From contig OX638149.1 in assembly GCA_951804945.1 (NCBI GenBank), positions 89,218,001 through 89,282,000 of the forward strand: 64,000 nt of DNA, given 5' to 3'. Shown one piece after another: positions 1-11,167 of this stretch (the first letter of the stretch is position 1; every line of letters begins with the position of its first letter). A program made the position numbers and the translations under genes. This DNA comes from Podarcis cretensis. Its lineage: Eukaryota. A model generated the notes under the pieces. It was not told where the DNA came from, did no database searches, and saw only the letters and a list, made by a program, of their open reading frames with translations.

Positions 1-2331
1 TAATGTGCTCTTTCCCCTCTGAAAATGGCATTGCAGGGGAAAGGGATGAGTCTCTTTCCTCTGTGTCCCCTACTAATGTTACCGTGGGCCTTTCAAATAG
101 GATGACACTCAGGGTGCATTCTGGGATGTTTTCTGGCTGTGTTTGCAATTTAAAAATAATCACTTGAGCTTGGCAGAAGGATAACTTTGAGAGGGTTCTA
201 CTGGCACCAATAGGCGGATGCTGGTCCCATTGACCAAATAAAGATACATGTGTCCCCCCCCCCCTTTTTCTTTTGTTCCTCTGTTTCCTATTAGTGCCAC
301 CTGCTCCATGTGCTTAATACAGCAGCAACAAGAAGAGACCTGGACACATTCACCCATGGCCACAGTTCCATCTTTCTCCACACAAACTAGCTGAGGGAGG
401 TGGTTAGAGATCTGGAGAGCTGGTGTTCCTTCAAGAAAAGTGGGGAGTGGAGTGAACTTTCTCCTCCAGTATTACTTTGTGGCTTCCCCACAAAGTTCAC
501 CAGTTGATTTGAGGGCTATGTGTGTGGTTGCCCAGCCCTTGGGAAGAATGTTAGAGCTTCGTCCCATCCTTTTTAAAGCGAAGTGGGAGGCATGCCAGCC
601 GATGGGCAACCTGGGCTACAAATAACCGTTGTGGGAAAAGGTCAGTTTAGAGAAGCTATGTGTGGAGAGCTGCTTCTCTAAAGGGGCCAGAAATTATTTG
701 ATAGGCTTGGGTCAGCTGGATACATAGAAAACACTGGGTGGTAAGCTAGTATATTTTATGGCTGCAGCTTTGTGAATACATATGTCTGCGTTCTCTGGAA
801 AAGAGTTACTTTAAATAAATTTTGGAATGGTGCTGAATGTGTATCTGTACCACTGCTCCATAATTGCTGGTGTATGAAAGAATGTACATTGTGTGCTGCT
901 GCTTCTCTGGGCATATACTGGTTAAGCACTACTGTCTCTGTGTGTATTTCTTGATGGTTACTCTGTGTATACACATATAAAAAGTGTGATTGTTGCTTTT
1001 GAGTAGTATATTATATGCAATCGGTGATGGTGGTTATTCTGAGTCCATGTCTGTTCCCGTTTGCTGAATATTTGTGTGTGTCCACATGCACTGTTATGCT
1101 ACACCCACCCACACACCCCTATAAACACCCAAGTTTGGTATTCTCTTCTCTCTTTTTGAAGTATTCTACAGCTTTAGTACCTAAGAAAGAGGGGAGTGAA
1201 GTAGGGCATGCTCTCAGTGAAGACAACACAACTTTACTTGGTTGTCTGCCTTGTGTGATGGTTGGTCTAAACCTATTTTCATTTTGTGCCTGCTGCTTCT
1301 GTGTGTTTGTGCTTGTGCTTAGGTAATGTTCTGTAGGAAAGAAATTGGGCTTCCAGTTGGCAGGTTAGAACTTCGAAGCAGTTACGGAAGTGCTTGCTGT
1401 TTGCAGATAGGAGCCCTATGACTTCACACTCTTCCATTAGGCCATCTTCCGTTCCTGAAGTCAATCCTTGGCTTATTGCCAGATAGAAGTCACTTTTCCC
1501 CCCTAAATGAAAGCATTCCATATTGTGGTGCAGCCAGTTCCAGGAAACCTCACAGGAGACCTAAGAAAAAGGCAGAACGTTTCTGCGTGAGAAAGAAAGG
1601 ATCCTCCAGTATGAGCTGGAACTCATGTTGAAACAATCCTATATCCCAAATTGCTTTGTTTTCTGTGCAATTAAACATTGCCATTAAAAAAAAAAATTAT
1701 GTTTCATGAGCCCACTTCATGCATGCTTAAAATCCCTACATGGAGCAGTCCTGAAACCTCAGCTGCAAAGAGAAAGTTATGTATGATCTAATGAGACCAC
1801 ATAGTTTTCCATTGATGACTACATAAGCACAAGAGTATAATAAAAATTGTTGTTGTTGTTGTTACGTAATAATGTATTAGATGCCATGGTTTTAAGTCAT
1901 GGCTTCTTAAAATGATTAAAAACAAATAAACAGCATAATCACAGTCATGATAACAGCAGTAAAAGTACTGTAGATCAATAGATCACAGCCAACTATTTTA
2001 ATGTAAGACTATAAATTGAAGTTTGCCATCTATAAAATCACCTTTTTAAAAGCAGTCCTGAACAAAGACCTTTTTAAGAACCCAGGTGGAGGGCTCATCA
2101 TTTATCTGGGGGTGGGAGGGAGAATAATCCATAGTTCTGGGGCTGCCTCAGAAAAGGTCTCATCTGCTGTACCAGCCAGCCTGACCTCCCTTCCTGGTGG
2201 GCACATGAACAGAGCTGTGGTGGCTGATCTCAAATCCTTGACAGGTTACAGTATAGCCCACAGGTGCTCCTTTGATTTACTTGGTCCCAGATGTTTCAGG
2301 AGGACTTTAATGGTCACTATTAGGGCATATA

Positions 2332-2676
2332 AGGGATGCGGGTGGCGCTGTGGGCTAAACCACAGAGCCTAGGACTTGCTGATCAGAAGGTCAGCAGTTT
2401 GAATCCCCGCAACGGGGTGAGCTCCCGTTGCTCGGTCCCTGCTCCTGCCAACCTAGCAGTTCGAAAGCACGTCAAAGTGCAAGTAGATAAATAGGTACCG
2501 CTCTGGTGGGAAGGTAAACGGCGTTTCCGTGCACTGCTCTGGTTCGCCAGAAGTGGCTTAGTCATGCTGGCCACATGACCCGGAAGCTGTACGCCGGCTC
2601 CCTCAGCCAGTAAAGCGAGATGAGTGCCACAAACCCAGAGTCGACCACGACTGGACCTAATGGTCAGGGGTCCCTT
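2332..2676 (+). mobile_element. Sauria SINE, full length
   Basis: tRNA-like head (gggatgcgggtggcgctgtggg), core aacctagcagttcgaaagca...gtgcaagtagataaataggtaccgct, 3' end aggggtcccttt. 12-bp target-site duplication TTAGGGCATATA at 2320-2331 and 2677-2688. Confidence 0.92.
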
Positions 2677-4558
2677 TTAGGGCATATAGTGCAGACAGTG
2701 CAGCTGAGGCAGAGTAGTTGGGTCCTCTGTGCCCACATGAACTGTCACCAGTGTTTTGACTATAATAGTATAATAGACTATTAAGACTATAATAGATTGC
2801 TGAACGAAGGTGGGGAAAGCCTGTTGCTGCATAATCCCATGACTGAGGATATCAAATATCTCCTCAAAACATTGCTGCCTTACCTTGCAAACCACCTGCA
2901 GCATAAGGTTCATCTCTAGATCTGTCTATACAATTCCTTAGTGCCCGTGATGCTAGTGAAAATTAGATGGACCTTCCGTTTGTTTGTTTGTTTATTCATT
3001 CATCCATCCATTTAACATGATTTATATATCGTTTAATGTGAGAAACCTCCAAGTGGTTTATACAAAACAGTCTTATGGTGAGCAAAAGTGTAAAATGCTC
3101 TCCTCCACAAACACACACATTTCTTAAAAGCATTCCCAGTGCTATTCATAGCCATGTTTCTTTTCACTAGTTTGATATAATTTTATTTTATTTTATTTAG
3201 TTAGGTTCTCTTTTCTGAAGTGACCCCATCCTGTCAAGCACCACTATTAGTGAGTGCCATGATGTCACAATGCCATATAGCCAACCAGGCTTGCCTAATT
3301 CCAACTGAATTGAGAGAGAAGGCAGTGCTTCCAGCATTGCATGACCCTCACTCTTAATGGGCATTTGTGGTGGGGAAGGCAGAACATGGCAACCACTTAA
3401 ATGGGTATGAAGAGGAAGGTAAATTCCTGCACCTCCGACACTACAAACACTTTCCCTCCCTTTCCAGCTCCCTCTCTCATCACTGAAAGGAGAAGAGGTG
3501 CCGATTATAGATTAAAGTGTTAGTGAGAAGTGCCCCCTCCATTTTAATTTGGCTCTGGCCTTCAAAACATCATTATCAAAAGCAGAATGAAACATTAGCG
3601 GGAGAGCTCTTTTTATCCCCATCAAGACCATTTGTTTTATTTTGGACTGTAAAGTGAACACAATGCTTTTTTTAGTTGGTGGAATCAGGTTGTTGTTTTT
3701 GTTGTTTTGCTGTTTAAAAAAGCATTGTTGCTTGAATTAAGGTTAAATGCCAGATGAATTTCCATGTTCCTCTGAGCACACACACTTTGGCTACTTTTGC
3801 TTTTATGGTAAAATTCCAAACTTATAGAATGGAAGCTGGTGGTTGGCTTCCCTCTTATGAGAAGGTTGCATGCTCTGAGCCTTTGGTTGGAGGATCCAGC
3901 CTTGGTGCTACATCAGGGTTATACAACATCAGGGCTGTAAAATAGGTGACTCACCAAACCTAACACAACCCATCAGCTGCATATTGGGGCCTGCCTGTGC
4001 CTAAAAGCCCCCCCCCCCCTGGTCATGCAGCAAAAATAGGATTATTGAAGTCCTTTGTCTCGGTGGGTCACAACTTGTGCAGACTTGACTAGAGGATCTT
4101 CTGGTCTCTGCCTTTTCATGGTGTCCCAACCATTCTCAACTTGCTTTCCTCTTGCTAAAGAGGTTTCATGTGTCCTGGGATCAATACAGGTACATTTGCT
4201 ACAAAACATGCTGTGTTTTGTAATAGCAAGTCGAGAAGAAAATAGCCAGCAAATGTGTTTTACTCCAGTAGCTGCCAGCACTTCTCTGGCTGCGATTAGG
4301 TCCTGTGGGAGCAGAACATGGCAGGGGCTGTGCTACCATCAGAGAGACACGCTGGCGTCTCTTGTCTTCAGAGGCCTGGAGGGCACAGGATGTGATAATG
4401 CTTGGCAGCTGGTTGGCAGGGTCGCAGTGTCCCTTCTCATTGTAGCTAAATGCAGACGACCAGCCCAGGTATTGTTTATGTCTTAACTGGAACACATAAG
4501 CTTTTGCAGCATAACAGCTATTGATTTTCCTGTCTCCCTTCTCTCTTCCTCCATGCAG

Positions 4559-6295
4559 AGGTTGGTCACACCCAAGGGCCTCTGGATGGCAGCCTATATG
4601 CCAAGGTGAAGAAGAAAGACTCGCTTCACGGCAGCACCGGCACCGTCAACACCAACCGCATCACGCTCTCGGCTGCCCCCAACCACATTGAGCACACACT
4701 CTCTGTTAGTAGTGATTCAGGCAACTCCACCGCCTCCACCAAGACAGACAAGACTGACGAGCAGGCAGTGCCCACAGTCCCCGGCAGCAGCGGAGGAAGC
4801 AACCCTATACTAACCCCAGAGGAGAAGCGGGAGCTTGACAGCTTGCTCAGCGGCTTTGGCTTGGAGAACGAGGCCGCCATGCATAACCACAACCCCAGAG
4901 GGGGAGCAGTGGTTTCTTCCACCACCTCAGGCCGCCACATCGTTCCAGCTCAGGTGCATGTCAACGGGGAAGCTGCCAGCTTGGTGGCCGAGAGGGAAAC
5001 AGACATTTTGGATGACGAGTTGCCCAACCAGGATGGGCACAGCGTGGGGAGCCTAGGCACTCTCTCGTCATTTGATGGCACCACCAACACCAGTGACATG
5101 GGCTACCACGAGGCCCCTCGGATGGAGAGCCTCAACTCCTTGCCCAATGGGTCATCCAACTTCAACGGCATAGACAAGCTGCATGATTCAGAGACAGTGA
5201 TCAATGGAGGCTACCCCTACAACAACCAGAACACCTTGCGGAGCATGATGGGACGTCACCCCCAGGACCCGTATGGGCACATCCGTCCTTCAGTGTCTGC
5301 CCAGGAGAATTTGGCCGACTACTACCAGCATGGCTTCCCCACTCCTGGCTGGTTGCAACCCCAACCGCCAACTGCCAGCCAGCAGTACCCTTACGGCTAT
5401 GATCCAAATGGCATATACCGCTCGCAGTCCTTCCCCACAGCGACTGCTGAGAGCCCCCAGCTGCCCCAGGCACCAGCCCGGAGCACGAGTAGCCGGGAAG
5501 CTGTCCAGAGGGGACTTAACTCTTGGCAGCAGCAAAGTGGAGGCAGCAGACCACCTTCCCGCCAACAGGATGGTGCCCGAGACAGCCAAAGTCCCAGTGT
5601 TTCCAGTGCAAGCCCTCAGCCCAGCCCTTCCCAAGCAGCACCCCCTCAAAGCATCAGCATCCCTGAATTCCCCAGGGTGGCCTCCCAGAAGGAAATAGAG
5701 CAGTCCATTGAGGCCCTCAACATGCTCATGCTTGACCTGGACCCTTCTGTCTCCATGATGCACAAGTCCCAGAGTGTCCCGGTGTCTTCCAGAGAAGATA
5801 AACCACGCCCGGTGGCTCTCTCAGTATCTGCCCAGCCTGTGACTGGTCCTCAAGTGGTGCAGCCAAAGTCTACCAATCCTTTTGGCCCTATTCCAGGAAG
5901 CCCTTCCCACAACTCCATGGGCATCTCTGTGTCCCAGCTGCCTGACCAGCAGGCGCCTAAAGCTCATCCCACAAAGCTATTGCTCCACAATGCTGCAGAG
6001 CCAGAGTACCCCGCGCAGGATGACCAGGAGGCTTATTTGTCCTATGGCTATCCGAACCAGCAAGCCAGGAGCTATGGCCAGGCTACAGGAAGCCCTCCCA
6101 CATCTCCCAGGCCTCATGCAATGGCATATAAGCTCATGGAAGCTCAGCATCCCCTGCTGACCTCACCCCCATCCCCTGGGATGACAGTTCAAGCCCAGGT
6201 ACCAATAAAGAATGTGGAGAACAGTGAGGAACCTTCTCGCCCCACAGAGGAAGAGCCTTTGCATCTTGAAGGTCTGGTGGCCCACAGGGTAGCAG
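4559..6295 (+). CDS. TNS1: Tensin-1 large internal coding exon (1737 nt, phase 1-1; start of disordered mid-region)
   Basis: Polypyrimidine tract + ccatgcag acceptor; donor GCAG|gtagga. Encodes [26 protein letters not shown]...[23 protein letters not shown]...[18 protein letters not shown]...[16 protein letters not shown]...[16 protein letters not shown], blocks I recognise from vertebrate tensin-1. Matches the 589-aa ORF 4606-6375 of the track. Confidence 0.97.
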
Positions 6296-6611
6296 GTAGG
6301 AAGCCTTATTCTCTGTTTTCTTATGAGTCAGGGGTTTTTATCCTTAGGGCTCAGAAGTCCCCCACCCCCACATAATCTTTTAGGGCTGGTAGGAGAAGAA
6401 TGCTGCTCCAGGGCCCTGGATTGTTTCATGTGGCTTAGTCCAAAATAGAATGGATAAACTGAACTGTTCCCACAGCAGTCCTGGGGGTGGTGTGTTGGGG
6501 AAATGCCTGGTAGGAGGGCTCTCGCAACCACACTTGCAAACAACATGCAAATGCTGTAGCATCTATCTATGCAAGGGGTGGGTGGGGTTTTTGGGGGGTA
6601 AACATGCCATA

Positions 6612-6835
6612 CTAAGGCATGTTATACCTTTAAAGCACATTCTTTCCCTCAAATAATTCTGTGGACTGAAGGTGGTTAAGAGTTGCTAGGAAGTGCAACT
6701 CTTTAGTGCAACTGCTACACCCCATTCCAGATTATTTAACAAGAAGCATTTACCCTACTGTGAGGGGTAAACTGGTACCCAGAAATCTTTGGGGGGAAAG
6801 AATGTGCTTTAAATATATAGTGTGCACATAGCCTT
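6612..6835. mobile_element. Non-autonomous TIR element (possibly PIF/Harbinger-like)
   Basis: Inverted repeat tttaaagcacattctttccc / gggaaagaatgtgctttaaa; a related end occurs at ~63060-63155. Confidence 0.6.
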
Positions 6836-9800
6836 AGACACAAAGTATTTGTTAGTGGAAGTCTAGTGTGCAATATAGTCCTTATATAAAGTGTGTCATG
6901 CCCACGCTGATTGGCTTGGGGCAGTTTTGTCTCAAGAGAGGAGGGGTCACATGGAGGCCCATTGCAATAATCCAGTCTTGAGGCTACCAATGCCAGGATC
7001 AAAGTGGCTGTCTTGGTCCAGTAGCGGCCGTAGTTGTCTTACCAACCGAAGCTGGTAAAAGGCACTCCTAGCTGCCAGGGCAATTTGTGCCTCAAGTGAC
7101 AGCCCTAGATCTCAGCCTCTCTCCCTGTTCCTTCAGAAGGTGCAGGGAGGCTTCCCTTCATCCTCTGCAAGAGAATGATTGTTGCTCTGGGGCAATTGAA
7201 TGCACTTGTCTAGATTTAGATGCGTCTCCCCGAGTCCTGGTGGCTAATGCCAGGTTTCTGCAGAGCTAACTGCAAACCTACAGCTTGGAACAGATGAAAG
7301 CCATCATGCCTGATTTGTAAGTTACTGGTATTTGGCATTAAGGCATGGGATGCAACATGCATGGCAGGGTTGGAACTTAGGAATGAATTGCTCAGCAACT
7401 GCTGGGGAGATGGCTGTAAACAAGGCAGGGCTCTGACTTGATTTTATGCTCACTGAATGAGCGGCACAAGAGCCTTTAATGATTCTGCTGCGAGATGTTG
7501 AGTCAGGAAGGAAATGTCCACCACACCCACAAAAGGGTAATATTCCATAGCCTTTGGCGCTTCTTTCATGCCCTTCCCCTGAAGCCCAGTGCTCTGGCAG
7601 TCTTGGACAGGACTCTGTGTTCTCGGCACCAAGGGAGCTGAAATTTACTCAGAACAAATTATGCACTTTTGCTTAAATGGGTGGGATTCATACAGTTCCT
7701 TCTGTGTATGGCTTTTGCAAGATTCAGGGCATTTTGTAGGGGCTCGGACAATAATAAAAGGCAAGAAATGAGGGGAAGGCATGGAATGAAGAGGGCGGAG
7801 CAAGTGGAATTAGTCCTGGAAGCCACATGGGGAGGCATAGGTGGGACACCCAATCATCATTCTTTGGGCCAAGGGGCCCAGTAGACATGATTGATATAGG
7901 AGCTTCATGCTTGGAGCTCCTAACACCTTAATATTTTGGAAAAAGTCAACAAAGGGAAGGGGGCAATTTAAATTGAGATGATGCCATGGGGAAAATGAGG
8001 CAGTTTAACCCTTTGCCTTCTCCACATCCCCAATCCAAATTAGCCCTCCCCCAAAGTTGTTTTAATCCTCCGAGAGGAAAATATACAGGCTTTTTAAACC
8101 TGCGGGTTTTCCTCTCAGTACTTAGTAAGCCAAATCCAGATCAGCCCTCCATTCCCCTCTGGTCACTTTTTCAGAAAGAAAAAGGGTAGCAGCAGCTCCA
8201 AGCATGGAGCTCCCCTGTAACATCTGTTTGACCCATCCCTTCAAGCAGACATTGCTTGGCTTTTGGGGAGAAACCTTTCTCTAAGACCCTGAGGGATAGA
8301 AGCTTGTTATTTGAAAATAATCATAATAATCATAGACATATTTTTTCTTTTTAAGCTGAGATTCTAGATTTTACCTCATGCTGTGTATAAGTATGAAGAG
8401 CGCACATACACACATGCCTTTGTCTTGGGAACTTTCAGGCTCTTCTGATGTGTACAGCTGAGTCTCTTTTTTAATGGGTTCTAACTGGTTGTCCCAGAAT
8501 GGAGTCTTTCCTCCATGTAATTCCCTTGGGCATCCTCACTAATTCTCCACAGGGCACACTGTAGACCGGGTTGCCCAAGCACGAATTATGGGCAGTGATG
8601 GGAGAGGGGGCACACTTTGCAAAATGATCAGTCTTTGGGACTGAGGCATTTGGGCTTCTTGATAAAAACAACATACAGTGTTGCTTAAGGACTCCTGTGA
8701 TGTCTTGTATCCGGTATGCAGCCTCAGCCCTGGCAGCTCCTGGGATTGTAATTACACATAAAAGTTTTTAATTGCAGAGCTCCTCAGAAATGTCCTGGAC
8801 ATAATCCAGCCTGCAATGCCAGGCTCAGCTGCTGGGTTCTGTCCAGTTCAGCTCCTGGACCACAGGCATTAAAAGCATTTGGCCAAAGGGAAATGGCTTG
8901 GTTCTGGGATAAGTAGGGCTGGAGGATGGGAAACCAAGCTGGAGGCTGAGTCACTGTGGCATCTTAGGGTGTATAAAGAGGTACACATAGCGTGAGGAGC
9001 AAACCTGCTATAGAAATGCACTCACCACATTTTCTTTAGATGTACAATTTTCTTTTCCAGACTGGGCTCAGGGGAAATGAGTTCTTTGTGTCCATAGCAG
9101 AAGCTAGCTGTTAACACCTCTGGTTTTCTGGAAGTTGGTGACATCATGTTTCCCATCCTCGCCAAACTTGCTTTTCAGCATTGTGCAAAATTGATTCCCT
9201 CTTTACTTATTTGTTTCTAAAATTTACACCTAGTGCTTTACAAGTAATATGAGAAAACAGGAAGACCACTTTAAGTGCAGAGGGGAGCACAAAGCAGACG
9301 GATGAATCAGTGTTTGATTTGATGTCCATGTTACTTTGCGTTGCAAAGGCAGGGGGCAGCTGGGCTCAACCAGCGGTAAAGCAGTAACAACACACAGCAG
9401 TGTGTGAGTTGAACCTCGGAGCCCTGCTGGGTCATACCAATGAATGGCCCATCTAGATCAGCATCCTGCTTCCCACAGTGGTCATCCAAATGCTTCTGGG
9501 AAGTTCACAAGCCACTGCATTTGCCATTTACACCAGCACTGAGCTGCCTCCCTCCCCCATGGCCATGCATGCACCCACACACTTCCATCACGTGGAGATG
9601 CTGATGCAGATGGAAGAGGACTAGATTTTTACCCCATTGCATTACTACATAGCAACACTCTGGTAGGGAGAGAAAAGGTATGGTGGATGGGCATATGTGA
9701 ATCAGAACCATGGGAGGAAACTGGTGCAGAATTTCCTACTTACAGTGGCGTTTTCCAAATCACCTGTTCCTGATTTGGGGGGACATGGCAGCCTTTCCGA

Positions 9801-11080
9801 GTGTTGTTATACTGTGGCAACCTTCTACCTGAGCTGCACATGGACCAGTGTATAATCCCAAGGGACACTATGTCCTGAGATCCTGGGGAAAGAATAGCTG
9901 CTGTGGAAGCATGAGCCTGCACTCTAGGTTCACAGTAATAAGTGTCCCATAATCACAGAACATGGAGTGAAGCAAGAGATCTGGATGGTGCTAGAGAGAG
10001 AGAGGAGGAGGGGAGGGGAGGGAATAGAACTGGCTAGAACAAGCTGTGAGAGAGGGGTTGAGAGAGAGAGCTCAGGGGCCAGCATGTTATTTACAATGCA
10101 TGCTACTATAAATTGCCTGTTTGTTCCAAGGCGAGTATGTGTGGAATTTCACAGATCATCATCCTCCCTGGTTCTCGCTATCATGAGAACTCAGATTTCC
10201 TATGCAGCAGGGTGGGAGTAGCCTGTAATGATTAAGGCAAAAGGCCTCTAGGAGGGCACCCTTCCCAGGGAAAGCTCACCACCATCACCACCACCACCCT
10301 CAACTGCTGCAAATCCTGCCTGGCACAGAGACTCAGGGACCTGAAATGGAAGCTCTGAAACAATTAGCATGAGCCAGCTGAGTCAGAGATGCCTCCACAA
10401 GTTTTTCATTACCGTTTGTGTGTTTTGTTTACCCACTCTTGGAAATCCCTGTCCAAGCGGCAAGACAGGGGTGTTCCAGGGCTGCCAGCTACATCTGTGC
10501 CCTGGTGCTGTGCAGGTGCATCGGTAGGAGGGCAGGAGTGGTTCTGCCAGTGCACCCCACATACTTGCAATATTTCAATTTCTACAGTCATTATCCTGCT
10601 GATTCTGCACATTAGATGAAGGAATGTTTCCTCCAGTTTCCCGACTGATAACTGAATTCTAGAAACAGTATTCAGGGTAGATATGATTCTCATATGATTT
10701 TCTAGCTCCTCTTGAATCCAAAGAAAGCCAGGGAACTACATGGGATTTATTACCCCACAAAACATACTCCTGAGGTCAACCTCTTCACCCAAGATCTCAT
10801 GAAGAGGCTGGTAATTGACTTGGTTCAATGGTATCTCGTATTCTGATGTTGACCCAGCTTCACCCCAGATCACATTGTATTCAAGCCTGGGGTGTATTTC
10901 CAACTAATATTTTTTCTTGTATTTTCCCTCCCCTTTCTCCTTTGTCTGTTTGTGATGTTTGTTCTGTCTCTGACTACACACTCTCTTTCTCACTCTCCGT
11001 GATGGATTTTGTTTCATCCTTGGTTGACCTTCTCCTGCTGCTCTATTCCTACCCACCCTACCTCCGTCTCCCCCTGTCAG

Positions 11081-11167
11081 AGTACAACGCCAAACTCCGG
11101 GACATCCGGAAGAGCATGAAAAGCCCCCATCCTCCTCTTCACCGACAGCGATCCTTCTCCTTTTCTG
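11081..11167 (+). CDS. TNS1: Tensin-1 probable cassette exon (87 nt, phase 1-1)
   Basis: Long pyrimidine tract ending cccctgtcag; donor TCTG|gtttgt. Encodes (E)YNAKLRDIRKSMKSPHPPLHRQRSFSFS(G), in frame between ...HRVA and GVQSPREK. Length is a multiple of 3. Confidence 0.8.

Noticed and set aside
4626-5763. Antisense and alternate-frame ORFs over the large TNS1 exon
   Set aside because: Shadows of a GC-rich coding exon; no independent start or splice evidence.
10085-10140. ATG-initiated MLFTMHATINCLFVPR with GC-type (AAG|gcgagt) or GT (CGA|gtatgt) donors as an alternative first exon
   Set aside because: The donors fall in phase 2 or 0, incompatible with the next phase-1 acceptors at 11081 and 19681.
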